Below are positions 1 through 14,100 of a stretch of 64,000 bases of DNA, in pieces. The DNA comes from Balanoglossus misakiensis (Eukaryota; Animalia; Hemichordata). The translations under genes and the position numbers were made by a program. Where the stretch lies: assembly GCA_040954595.2 (NCBI GenBank), contig CM082581.2:6192699-6256698 (forward strand), given 5' to 3'. Each line of letters begins with the position of its first letter. The stretch's first letter is position 1. A model generated the notes under the pieces. That model had not been told where the DNA came from. It worked only from the letters and a program-made list of their open reading frames with translations, and did no database searches.

Positions 1-3000
1 AACTGCATCTGCTTCCCACGGCAGTGGCTGGAGCAATTGGCTCACGATTGTAGGATCGTAAATTCAGTAAGTTCCTACACTGAGGTACTTTACTGGGGGG
101 TTTTGCGTTTTCAATCCGCTCTGGAGTAATCATGGGTATTTCGTCACATCTGCGAGTAAAAGGGTGGAAATTCCAATCGCCATGTATATCACCAAGTATC
201 CCAGCTTCCAGCAAGGATCGGTTGCACTGTCAATTTCATTTGGTGCTCGAAAATCAGATAATATACAAATACGCTACAACAAAACGATAAACATGGCAAT
301 GCTCGGGACATGCGTGGTTGAACATTGTCAACAGACGTTAACATCATGCTAAACTGTGACTGTAACGTTAAGTACATTAAAGTAAACACACAGCCAGCCA
401 ATTTAGGATTACTGGCCTACGGCAAATGATGAACGACGACGTACAGATTTTAACATGGGCAAATACCTTTAGCATTGTGTGATTTGAATATCATTTAAAC
501 GAAATAAAAATATTGTCAATGCCCTTTATTTGTGTCATAACTGTGCTATTCGGTTTGTTTTATCTCTTTTATTCGCAGTTCAATGAAGCTACGTGATTCA
601 TCACAATACAGGGATCGTTTCATTATCTTCGTATTGTTCTCTGCACAAACAACATTCTATACCTTTCCATTTCATATTTTTAAAAAGGAAAGGAAATAAA
701 TGTCGCGTTTTATTCCCTCGGCTAAGTGTTATATGATTAAGCAATCCCGTTGCGCTGATTCTGTTGACACGAATATTGCTAATTTAGTGAGGCTTGTGAC
801 GTGGGATCGCCCGCTTTTCAGGGCAAGGATAGACCGGGCTCTCTGTTGTGTCTCGGGGAATACTAGTAAACAAGGCCGCAAAAGTAAAAACTAGTCGCGT
901 GCATTGTTTCTTTTGTCGGGAGAGTCGGCAGCTCGTTAGTGTTACTGTTTAGGACTACCAGTTGCCCTTGAGCATTGTATTGCCACGGCCCACTCTTCCC
1001 TTGGCGAAGGGAAAGACCTGGGGACGGTGTTATTTCACAACTGTGAATTCTGCTGTCAGAAATACTGAGAGCACCCGAGAGTACCCCGGGACGAGTGTTC
1101 CTCTACTCGTGTTGTCCACCCACTGCACCATCTGCGTGTAAGGCAGTTTCATTTTATCGGTTCTTCTCCTGGGTTTGATCGGCGATCTGATCATCTGGGC
1201 AGGACTGACAACTGAAAGACGTATATACGTGCCAACACCGCGTTGATTGCTCTTACGATACGAGAGAAATATGAGGCGGCCTCGTAATCCCGTAATCCGA
1301 CGTATTCATTGAAGTCCCACATCGACTTGATTACCAGTTTATTGCCATTCGAATACAGTTCACGGATAAGAGAAGGCGGGCATTGATATTCTTCTCTGCT
1401 CCGAACACGTTATACGTTCACAAGTGATTAAACAAACAAGTACATTCCTAGACAGGGCCACGGGTTCGGGCGCACCTAAGGTTAAACAAAATCAACAAGG
1501 CTCTACCGTATATTTACTGTAAGTTTTATTTCGAAACGTTTCCTCGAATTCATTTCAATCGTGATTTTCCGCATGTCCATTACCAATCAACTTATAACGA
1601 CTTCGACATTTCACGGAATACGTCACCTTAGAGTGAGTTGTTCTCGTCGCCCGAGTTATTCTTCTGAAAGTCGCCCTCAGGGGCAAGCGTGTTTACGCAT
1701 ATAACGAAATCCGTGATTGTTTTGCTATTCACGATTATATCATTTGCTAAATCGTCAAATTTCCGGGTTAAAGGTAACCCCTTAAGAAAGAAAACGACCC
1801 GCCAAAGGTACAAAGTCCCATTACAAGAAGTGTTCATAATGCATAAAGTACGCATTTATTTGTCTTTGCATGGAACTGTGAGGCAAGCCGTTAACGACGT
1901 ATTAGGATGTCAAAAATGTCAGGTAGACGTATGGTGCCTTGACAGTTTTTTACGTGTTGCCCCAAACCTTATAGAGACGAATAAATGGTTGGGGAAAACA
2001 CCTTTATTTACGTCATAAAAGTGACAGTGATGTACCAGTGCAATGACGTCATTGTTATACAAGACAAACAAGCAATTACAATCTAGATCAAAATCCTAGC
2101 TTACCTACCAGTATTTGAAAGATATGCTAATTATACTATAGCAACTACATAGTTTGCTGGGTCTAAATCTTATAAGGTTTAACATGAGATTTAGACTAGA
2201 CATAATAACAACTTAGCCTACATAAAACATAATGTAAGCTGACAAATCTCGGCCTTTTCAGAATGTAAAATGTTCCATCGTAACGCACTGGCGTAAGCTT
2301 CTAGCCTATAGAGTGGTGTCCTGATTTAAGGAATGTCCGATCGATTAAGGGGCAATGTGTGGGGTCGGTATAAGTCCATGCAAACAGCTGTGCGTTTGCT
2401 AACAAGTCACAGTATCTGCATGTGTTATTTCAAACCGTGGCCGTGTGAAGAGAGTCACGCCCCGGGAGTCACGCTGAGATTCATAACACCTCTTTTTGAG
2501 GATAATGATGCTGCTTTCTTAGTGCTAACCCTCTCTGCTTGGCATTTTCTGCCAGAAGTCGTGGATTTGAGTCTTACTCGATGTTAATGCAATTGTATAT
2601 GATAGCTGGCCGACAGCACGTTCTATCGTGAACCGAATACCGTGCGAGTCTTGATAATAGGTGTAACGTGAAGGTTACTACGTTTCTTGGCCACGCTATA
2701 TAACCTTATTCTGTGGTTTCGCGATACTTTATGTTGCAAAATGGAAAATACTTCTCTTTATGGGAGAAATGCACGTGTCTGAATTATATTCAAATATTAA
2801 ACTTTCCCCTTTAACTAAACTGTTTAATGAACGGTACTGCGATATTGGGAAACAAGCGCTGGCAGTGATCTACTGTCACTGTTTTCAAGACTATGATTAA
2901 AATACAAGGATAAACTCTGAAATAAGGCTTGCCCGAAGAAATGGACGATTTCTGCCTGAGCGATAATTTAACTGTACCGGGGAACAAAACACGGCGATTC

Positions 3001-6000
3001 CCATCCCGCGGGTTCAAGTACAGTCCATTGTCATTCCACGAGGACAAGTTTTAATGTTACACAGTATTTTAAGGCAACTGATAAATGTCATATGTCGGGC
3101 TATTGTCCAAAAGGTATATCTTTTGCATTTTAAGTAACACCGCCGGGAATGGAAGGGATCAATCTCCCCGTGCGCTGCCAATTAACCGCCCACAAGGAAA
3201 GTAATGGCGAAGGAAAATATCACTTAGTCATAAATAATGAAACGTTCGCCAGTGACTCTGAAGATTCTGAAAAACCTTTCTATGTTACAGCATGGCATCC
3301 AGTAAAATGATGATATCAGAACGGTGAAATTTGGTAAATGTACATAAACGGTACTGAAACGTTTTACTCATGTGAATAACATACATGTAGGTGCAAGAAA
3401 GCATTAGTCAAAATTGATATAATATGAGTATTGTCGGTGCCGTAATTAGAATCGCAAGCTGAATACATTTAATTCGGTGGTAATTGATATTATACATGTA
3501 TGTCCAACCTACTCCCACGCCTGGTGACGGTCAAAATCAGTCTACATCGTTTTATAAGCAGAAGATTGCGGGCAACATCAATATATTTGAAAGAATGGTG
3601 TAAACAATGCAAATGGAAATACTGGAAGGGAAGGAAGGGAAAGTGCATTAAAAAGAATCACGGTCGATAAAGTCAATCACTTTAAGAAAATGCGATGCGA
3701 TTTACTCTTAACCTGGTTGGTTATGTTTATTGACATCGAGCGTCACTTTAGTGAATGCAAGTAAACTCTCAATTGTTCGAACCTGGCCACAGATCAACTC
3801 TCTAAGAAAAAGAGCACTATGAACACGACGGTGGAAAATAATTGCAAATAATTATCCAACTGCAAAAAATCGACAAGGCAAAGATCGATATATAGGGCAA
3901 AGACAGGGTAATGACCGACAAATGCAGGGCGGCTTACTTTATGTTCTTTATGTACCCGTTGAGAACATGCATGTTCGTAAATTTGTTGAAGATATAATCC
4001 CATCCTGAGGTGATATGACTCCAATGATTTGCATTCAGACGAGAAAATACCCCAAGCCTGAACGAAATGACCTGTATCAATAGGTATCCATCCTTGCGGA
4101 TACAGTTAAACTTATATGCACCTCTGACGAAATCTAATGAGATTTCGAACGGCAAAGTGGTGATTTTAGCATATATTACCACGATAGGCTAGATGCGGTA
4201 ATTCAATCTACATGGTCAATCCCTTTGTTTTATCTGATTTTGTATTACAATGTAAACCGGTTGTTTGTTTTATTATCTTCCACATAGATGTACGTCTATC
4301 TTAATATACTGGCGGGGTTTACTACCACGGAACGATAAAGTGATATTCATCTTTGTGATCAGATGAAATAATCCCAAGCCTAATTTCTCTCCCCGCTTTC
4401 TCGTGCAAGTGCTGACGTCACGGTACCTTTTTCGTCGGCTCAGGGGAGCGTGACAGACTTGGAGAGATTCGCAAATGGATTACGACGGCCGTGTCCCGAA
4501 CAATGAAGACCGTTCCGCAAATTCACGACGCAGTCACAATCATCGCCAAGTTATCGCCGGTATCGGCGGGATCTAATGTCGACGGCTTATATAAAAAAAT
4601 CAAGACAAAAAAAATCAAATGCAAATAGACGTAAATGGCGAAGCTCATTATCAGTAACTTGGTAACTCGATAATGCGTTCATAAAGCAGAAAAAAAATCT
4701 TTGACTGTCTATTTCTCGAACATTTAACACGTTGTACGCCTTGTACGAGTTTTAGCTATTACCATCTGAAGTGATTCATTGATAGTCCACGTTTCATAAA
4801 AAAACTTCTTTTGAATTATGACATCACTTTTGGCGATTTCAATTTAGATCAAAGGAACAGCCAAGAAAGATCTGGCATCGGTCATTTTTCTCGTTCCACG
4901 TCCCATTTATCATGCAGATATAAAGTTGTCTGAAATGGTGATTACCTCGAGGCTGGGTGTGTGATTTCTTGTCGCTTCTGTATCAATCGACAAACAAACA
5001 ATTCACTTCGCGTGTACGTAATGTTGATGTGGCGAATTGCAACAGTTTAGAGAAGCAGTGGGCAAAGAAATTATTAAATTCGGAGACATCAATGTACATG
5101 TACATGTAGATAACCAAGATCATTTCATTCGCTAAATTTTCAGTGCTAATATTGTGAAGTCGTGCTTTAGCATTAGGGCGAAGTTCCTTCAATCAAAATC
5201 AAATTGATCAGTCTTCCTGACTTTCACGGATGACTTATTTGCATTAGCAAGCCACTGCAGGCACAAGTGGGCGAAAAACATGGACATTATTTTACGTATG
5301 AATTGTCCTCTTACTAGTAGTACCTACCAAGTTTGTTTCACAGAAAAACGCTCGGGTTTTCGGTGTATGTGGGGGCGGGATTTTTCCGCGTCTTGTCGCT
5401 TCCGCTCATTAGAAATGGATGCTTGACAATAATTATTGGAACTGCGTGCAACACCTTTTCTAATAATATACGCCATGCAGATTGAAATATGAACAATTTT
5501 AATCTGGTGAAGGATTCCTAATCTTCCAACCCTTCAATTCAACAGATGGTTGAATGTAAACCCCCCAATCGATTTATTGGACACTTCACGGAATCCCCCT
5601 TTCCGAGAACTGTCGCTAATGAATCGTTGTAAACCCAAGGCCCTCTTATCTGCAACCAGTCGTCATATCGAGAAAAATGTGCTAACGTCGATGGGGTCTC
5701 CACGCTTTTATCCTATACTACAATCTCTTTCGTCGTGGCTGTCGGACACTGTGATTCAGCAGCTCTGATTCATCTGACCCCCAGGATGCAAATAATGACA
5801 GCTCCCTTAAGTTATACACAATGGCCCATTCTGAGCGCGAATACGTACTATACAACACTGTGTCGTGACAACAATACAGTCGGGTATCATTTTTCATTCT
5901 ATGAACTTGTGCAAAAGTAACCCGATCGCGTTTCCGTAGTCTCAAAGGTTCCTTACAGATGCTCGTGCAACTGTCGCGCATGTTATCTCAAGTTCGCTCA

Positions 6001-7745
6001 AACACTCTATACTCCGCATGTAACTTCTCACGGGCCGGGATATTCGCCTGATTGGTGGCACCACTGATCTCAGTGCTATATTCAGACGTGGAGGGCGATA
6101 CTTCCTGTATACCGTTCAAAGCCTTTGACACCACTGAAAACAAGAGTATATACATGTATTCTATGCATATGAGAGTTTTGGTTTAGAAACTCTTCCATAT
6201 CTACACTGACTGCAAAAGCGCAATATCAAACTAAGGATGTATCACCCCCCCCCCCTTCCCCTCGTTTCAGGAATAAAACTTATAAGGGCTCTCCCGTGAG
6301 GGCCGCACTGTTTTTTATCAACTTTAACATATAGCAGAGGCGATTAGGTGTGACAATGAGATAGGATCTAGACTGGAAATAGATAAAGGAAAAACAACAC
6401 ATTTATACTCATAGGTAAACTGACCTTTACAGGTAGGATGTAGCCATGTCGCGAGTGTTAAACTTAATTGATCACTATGGGAAACACCCTGGTTTACAAC
6501 TGGATGCGAATGACTCACAATGTGGACCAGAAACGGGGACACGGAGGCTTGCTTCAATACAATTAGCTGCAAAAAAAAAAAACTGTTCGTTGCGTAACCT
6601 AGCTGCAATTTATTTTGCGTTTAAGTTGACTCTGGACTGGAAGATAGAAAATAGCAGTTAACATTTTCAGAAAAAGTCTACGCCCAAAGTTATTTATCGC
6701 CAATGCTAAAGATACCCAAATATGTAATAACACGCTCAAACAAGTTTTTTTATTACTTTCCATGGAATTGGAAAAGGGGGGAAATTAAAAGTTAGGTAGT
6801 TAATAACAATGTCGCCCGGGGAGAAAACATCCAACCGATTGTTAAGTAGACGACAATAAGCGCTTTGAAATGTGCGATTCACGAAAGGCAAAGTCGAGAG
6901 CTCGAGGCTTGGCTTGAGTATGTGAATGTAAGCGAATAGTAATTTGACTTTTATTCGGGTATCGATCATATATTCACATACAAGTTAAACAACACAAGAT
7001 TAATTGACAAAACGTGAGTAATTTCCATCGCAAAGCTGGCCACCATGTTACAAAAGGTGATTTTACAAAGTTTGTACGAAGTCGCGGCCAACGCTGACAA
7101 TGTGCCAATGAAATTAAAGTACGGTTAGCATAACTGGGATGATTCGAAGGGGGTGGGTGATATTTACTGCCCGGACGTGTGTTTGTAATTATCAGGGCCT
7201 GCACAGTAGGGATTCCTTCTTTTGTCTGCATTTTCTGTATCCGGATTGAAAATGATTTCTGTGATTCCGATGTCATTGAGTTTCCTGCGTCGTGTCGTCG
7301 TCCCTGGTTACAGTGACTTGTGGGATACTGCTTCTTCCGCAGTGTCTAAGCTCTTGAATTCAGAAAATGGTCTACATGTATTTGGGAGCGATGCCTCTCT
7401 GTGAAAAAGATAGGGTAACATCTGTGAACCCGGGAAAGCACACACCCGTCGGGAGGGTGGGGGACCTGTATTCTAATCGTTTGATTCTGGAAAAGGTGAG
7501 CCAATTTTGACTACCCGAGGCCGGTTCGGAAAAAAAAAACAATCCAAGACCTAATCATGGAGCCATCGAGACTAAGACGGAGTTTACTTATTTATAGATT
7601 TTAACCATCTTGATGATCACTGAAGGCAAACTTGCGGTCTATAAATAATTTTCTGACATAAGTTTTTGCATTATTGAGTGAGTACCTGATTAGTGAACGG
7701 TACATCATCATCTTCGACTGATTTGCGCGATAAGTGAATTGATTA

Positions 7746-7758
7746 AGGTCAAAGGTCA
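7746..7758 (+). promoter_or_regulatory. Perfect DR1 nuclear-receptor-type motif (AGGTCA-A-AGGTCA)
   Basis: Exact consensus match only; no evidence of function. Confidence 0.3.
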
Positions 7759-10343
7759 GGGGAAGCAGAGGGTACGGGCGTCCTATAGACGTTATTATTG
7801 GTGTACTATATTACAGGGTAGAATGCATGGATCAGGTGTAAGTTAAATTGGGTGCACAATTGACAATGTGCATGTATAAATGTTTTCACGTTCATAAAAG
7901 AGTGTTACTAATGGATCTTCATGGTCGATTTTACATGGAGGAGGTGGTTGGGACACGATACACCGGCTAATGAGTTTTGTATGTAAATCAGCCAACTCTA
8001 TAACGCGGTTCTTATTGCATATATGTATACTGGCTGTGGGGCGTGCGGTATCTAGGACACAGTAACTTTACGTCGTGAAAGCCATCGTAATAACGAAAAT
8101 TCGCAATCGCTACACCAAAAAGTAAGAGGTAATTCTTTGCAACTTCGCTTCGAAACTAGGGCGTTTGTCTCCGGCGGTCATACTCTAACAGCTTAATAAT
8201 CTTTTTCTCAAGTTTCACGAACTCGTCGAGTGCGACGTGACGTGACGCGACCCCCGATGACACACACGTGGGTATATTACAAGGCAATTAGGCAGATTCC
8301 CCTTTTCCTCAGGCAGATTCCGAGAAAACGGAGAACTCGCCCGTCCGTTGATGTATCGCGTTTGTTATTGAACAACGCCGCTTGCGTGTGGCATACGTGT
8401 GGTAACACGTATCCCTAAACTCTAGATCTGTTCACACTAATAAAGTTAACACTATTGAATTTCCACGAACCGACAGAAGAATTGGTGTCGCTTCCTCCAA
8501 TGAAATTGTATCTCAGACTTGTTCTCGTTTGGCCATTAACAACTCCTACCTATTCTGCTAAATGCTGGCAAATACACACGGCGACAGTGCTGACACACTC
8601 CAAGTGATATACTGCGCATTCTGTTATTGTACGGACCATTAAAGCCTCAAGAGCTGCCACTTTTTTGCAATATTTCATGATTTTACTTTCCAACTTCGGT
8701 TGGTCCATGTAAATAACCTTACTGATAGGGATGTACGAACAACTTATCGAAGATTAATTTAATAAACATATTCGACAATACATTATTCTCGTCCCTGAGA
8801 TCAATTTATCTTGTTAACTTTGCCTCGCTTACATGTACCTCGCCTCGCTTGCCTCCGTTGAGATTAATTATTACAACTTATCTGTTATTTATCAAATCAA
8901 TCCCTCCACTCATACCCAGCTGCATTTTGTATTTTCCTACAGAAATTGGTTTCGATAAGCAATTGTTAAGCTCCGCACATCTCAGCAAATGATAGGTCAA
9001 TTAAACCCAGTGAAATGCTAGCGTCGCTCGGGTAGCGAACCGCTTGCCTTGCACCTGGAGTGGTTAGCGCGCCACCGGAGACTCTTCTATAGAATCTTTC
9101 AGATGCTAATAATTACCAATCCCACGTCGCTGAGGGCTCCCCGTTTTACCATAAATCGCAGAGGCCAATACAATGCTTTTCGCGAGTGTGTGCAGTCGAA
9201 TGAACAGCCACCAATCAATATAGAGTGTGTGATAATTTCATATGTGTTACTTTGCATATTGTATCGCATGTAAACAAGAGGACCTTGACATCATCCTTAT
9301 TGCTGCATCTATTATATTGTGTTGGTTTTCAATTGGGATTAATGAGAATGTATCAGGTTACACATGTTGCAGTTTTGATTTTGAAAGAAAGTGCTACGTG
9401 CATTTTTTATCGCAGCATTTGGCTTTTAGACCGTATAACTCTTGTTATCATTATGCATCGGTAAACATTCTCGTCTGAAGTTCAATTACGCCCGGTGCAA
9501 GGTTATATAAACAATGATCAACCATCTCCGTGGATAAGAGCCAATTTTCCCAAGATTCTACGTCACTGTACTCTCCGCATAACGCTCATAACATCACGAG
9601 AATGTGAGAAGGAGCAAAAACAAGTATGAAACGAAGTTACATATCTCTTGTGTAAGCAAACATTTCCTGGGATCAATTATTCGAATCGTTTGTTGTTGAA
9701 TCGATGCGGACAGATCAGGAAAGTTCCCCGGGCTGAATTATATCGATTTCGCGTCGACGCTGAGTCACCAGGGAGTGCGTGTCAAAGCGTGGCGTTTGGC
9801 AACGAAACCACAACCCCCCGAAATTAAACTACATGAACAAGCGCCGGGCGAGATTAAGAGCGACCTTTAGACTGTCGGTCAAGATTTAAATGTAAGACAC
9901 TTCAATAGTAGAGCTGTCTTCAAACAACGCGGTAAAACATCCGTTCATATAACGAGTGAGTGCCAATAATTTGAACGGATACCAGCGATGCGTAGCATGC
10001 AATCCTGTCGAAAACAGCCTCGGGCCGTGATTCAATATAGATATATTTCAGTTTGATGTGTTGTTTGTCACAGGTGCTCTATTAGTACGAGTACCTTATC
10101 AAAAGCAGAACTCCAAATTTTAAATTAAATGTCTAAATTTTTGTGACAGATAATGCCCTCAAGTTAAATACTATTTTTGTATTAATATTAGAAAAAACTA
10201 CGTTGGTCGCTGTATAATTTAACATTGACATTTCATTTTGTGTATAAGGAAGAAAAATATTGTTGATCGGTGCGTCGATTTTTTACATTGGGAAATAATA
10301 TTACCAAAAATTTAAAAGCACCCACAAATTAAGTCGTCTCTTA

Positions 10344-11147
10344 GGCTGCATTCACAAACACCTCTGGAGGGGGGGCGGGAGAATTGAGGGGGGGGATTTG
10401 AAAAAATTGAGGGTATGTAAGGGGGGGGATTTGAAATAATTTAGGGACTGAAAGGGGGGGGACTTGAAAACTTTAACGACTAAATATTTATTTTGAGTCC
10501 ACAAAATGCAGTTTCGCGCCCTTTATTTTACAAAATTTTCTAATGTGGGAGGGGGACACCCCCTCCCACACCCACCCCCTCCATTCATCAACACCTTTCA
10601 ATCATTGACTGGTTTATCTAGTGTCCCAGATCAGGGGACTTGTCCCACCCCATGATAACTTTGAGCGGCGACGGTTAAATTTGTCCTCCCCAACATACCG
10701 GTAGTTGAGTTAATTTGCTTTTGCCGGGTTCATTAAAATGCAACTTTGAGCTCTGTATTTTAGAAAATTTTCTTACATGGGAGGGGGACACCCCCTCCCA
10801 AACCCACCCCCTTCAATTCTCGGTTTACAATGTCTCCCAACACAGAATACAAATATATGTACTTAAAAAATAAAAACAATGTTCAGTTTTAATACCCACT
10901 GATGAGGGGAAACATCAGCTTCAAATTCTTTCCATGGGAGCGCTGTTTTTCTTTATAAATTACAAGATAGATAGGTGATGTGTTTTGCTCTGTGAAAGAA
11001 AATGGGGGGGGGGGATTTCAAAATTTTGGCAGTTCGGAAGGGGGGATTTGAAAATATTGGCAGTTCGGAAGGGGGGCATGTGAAAATTAGCGGTAAAAAA
11101 AATTGAATTCTCCCGCCCCCCCTCCAGAGGTGTTTGTGAATGCAGCC
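10344..11147. mobile_element. Non-autonomous DNA transposon (MITE), PIF/Harbinger (Tourist)-like
   Basis: Perfect 42-bp terminal inverted repeats (GGCTGCATTCACAAACACCTCTGGAGGGGGGGCGGGAGAATT at 10344-10385, complement at 11106-11147). TTA flanks both sides (10341-10343, 11148-11150), the typical PIF/Harbinger TSD. No ORF. Internal G-rich subterminal repeats. Confidence 0.85.
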
Positions 11148-14100
11148 TTAAACACTAGCATTAGGATTTACCACCAGTTTAATATGACACATTATGAAAA
11201 TATTTCGAGGGTGCTTGTGTCTTTGGACTTTGATCTGAGCTGGTTTTTGCCTTAATGGCTGTTTTATTTGGACTCTGACGTCTTGTGATGGGTGGGTGGA
11301 CTACCACTGCAAATGAACGAACAACGTCGCTTGAAATGTTGCAATCGACGAGCGAATTTGCTTTGGGGCTTCATCATTGCCAAGTACCCCGGACAGCTTC
11401 CAATAATTCGTGTCGCAAAAACTGAAAGAAGAACATAGTCTTTCCCACCCTCTGTAATTTTCATAGCTGTACTTTGTACGGGGACGGTTGCTAGGTAACA
11501 CGCTTCGCGCTATGCTTCCATCACGCTGGCTCCAAGCAGGTTGCTATAGGAAGCTCCGTTTCTCGTTCCTTTGGCGAAAAGCGGCGCCAAATGGTTAAAA
11601 GGGGCTGAAACGGTTTGCGAGTTTCCATCATTCAAAACTCGCGAATCAACAATTGTGGGTAGATTTACACCTAAATAGGAACCTTTCTCCGGTAAGGAGT
11701 AGAACAACGACAGCTCGTCCAAGATTGGCCGTACTATAATTTGTGTCGAAATTAGAGGTTTTTAAAAAGCTGCTAGCGTTTAGGGATGTATTTATTCAGT
11801 GGCTATATATAGCTTAGGCAATCATTCATTTATATAGTTGATCTTTCCCACGGAGGCCCTGCAAAACAGTGAAGGGTATATAGAACGTCGCCTCTCTAAG
11901 TTGAATTCAGGTTGCTCTAAAACACCAAGCCTGTAAACCCAACAGTTCTTGGAACACTTTCCTCTAACTCTTCCAGTCACGTACCCGAGTCTAGCCGCGA
12001 TAAAGCAGCATCCTTGGGAGATTTTCCACTGAATGTCATCATAGGGTCAACCGTGGAAATCCAAGAGTTTGCTTCGTGCTGATGTGGCGTATTCAAATCT
12101 CCAATCTAATCATCAGCTTTCGATTGAATTCATCGGAAAGAAGGAACCAAGCCAACGGTTGAATACTTATCTGCGCTGGCTTTATCATTTTTGGTGTAGG
12201 TTGATTGAGCAAGCCGTTAGATGGACCTAGCAGACAAATGCACACGCACGAAAATCGCCTTACATAAACCAACTATTGATCACGACAGGCGCTGTGTTTG
12301 AGTTGAAATAATTAAAAGCAAACAGTCATCAAAATTCAGAATAGGAAGTCATTATATTAACGGTCATCCATATGAAACGAGTCCACTCCGCGCCCAGTTG
12401 CTTTTGAGGCGTCGCAGCGCAGGATTTGATGGGAGACATTACCTATTCCAGTAGTAATACTAAACATCAACATTAACAGAGGTAGGAGAATTTTACAATT
12501 GCATTCCTAATCTTTGATTATGTCTTGCCTTTCAGCGCGTCTTTTTGTCTCTGTTTCTCTCAGTCTCTGTCGCTCTCCGATATCTCTAAGCTCTCTTTCT
12601 CCCTCGGGCTCCCTCTATTATCTTACTACCAGTATTGCAGGCATAATTAAAAGTGATTAAACTTTCAGTTAAAATAAATGTATAATAAACCCCACGAGGA
12701 AACGCATATATGTGCATCGGGAGTCTTTACTGGTGTATCTTTTAAATACTGTATTCCAAAGAGGTTCTTCTTGGGGGAAAACAGAATTCCTGTCGGGGAA
12801 AAATCAGTCTCCTTCGAACTCAGTCGCGCCAAATTAGTTTAGGCCGTTGTCGTGGTAACACGAAACCATTTAACCCTGAAATAAGTGCATCAGCGTGAAG
12901 TAATTTGGAAAATGTGCTTTTGCGAGGGAGGGCATTTGGGGTCGCGGATTTTGACAGTCTAATCAAAGATTAGTATCGACAGGAGGCCGAAATGATTAAT
13001 ATTGATTTTGATCACCGAGTTTTCGAAACAGAGAAATCAGACAATGACGCCAGGCACGACTGCGGTGCTTTCATGTTATAAATTTATACTCCGCGAAAGA
13101 AACGGTTGGTTATACATATGTATCAACTCGCAGGCATTTTCTAAGGATCAGTAACTAAAGTTTATACATACAATAACGGTTGTTCTGTGTATCATGTTGA
13201 TTTGCTGGGAGTGGCGCTTATCCAGGGTTTATCTGCATTTACTTATCGATCTTTTCAATGCTCTTCAGCAAAGTGAACGAAATGATCGCCTTTAGTGAGA
13301 ATTCGGTGGCCATTACAACACACCATAGACTCTACACCATGCGCATCATCGACTTATTAAACGTTTTGTCACGATTCTGCGCAGACCACAGGCCGCTACC
13401 AGGCCGCCCTATTCAAAGAACCGTCTCATTTGGAAACTCTTTACTTCATTATGACGACACCACAGCTTTCTTTTCTTTGCTCTATCCAGATCTACATTAA
13501 AACGAATTAAACACTTGAGTTGTTATTTGTTCTAACCACACTGTGTTCTAACACATCTGACTTGGCACGTGTTGCAGTGAAATTGGGTAATTGTGAATGG
13601 CCCGCGAGTGCCGTTAATGTGTAGACCTATATGAGTTGCTTGGCAAGGCAATGCCTGTTATTTTTGCACGCAACCCAACCGCACCTCATCAGAATCCAAT
13701 CCCGCCAGCAAATCGGATTTTTTGTTTGCCCACATCTCATTACCAGCTCCGCGGCATCAGTTGTTTCACCTCGGCGTGACCGACCGCGCTCCGTAGGAAT
13801 GCTTCGTGCTTCGGTTCATTCGGCGACAAGCGGGAACAATACCATGCGCAGATGTCCACAATCAAACCCCAGGTAAGTCGGTAGTAGAGACAGCTCGCCA
13901 CAGGCCGCGGCTCGTAAAACCGCTCCATCGATCGGCGACATTATAATCCTTAATAAGCAGGTACATGTACGCAATCATCTGTACACCGTTAGTGCATATA
14001 TACAAGCCATGTATACGCGACTGTCTATTCGAACAAAACAAAGTACACATGTTAAAGGACGAACACAGTGATTGCGCAAATATATGAACTTCGTTTACTC

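Noticed and set aside
6720-6900. Faint resemblance to a Penelope/non-LTR reverse-transcriptase segment (SMELEKGGKL)
   Set aside because: Too short, interrupted by stops, and without supporting RT motifs.
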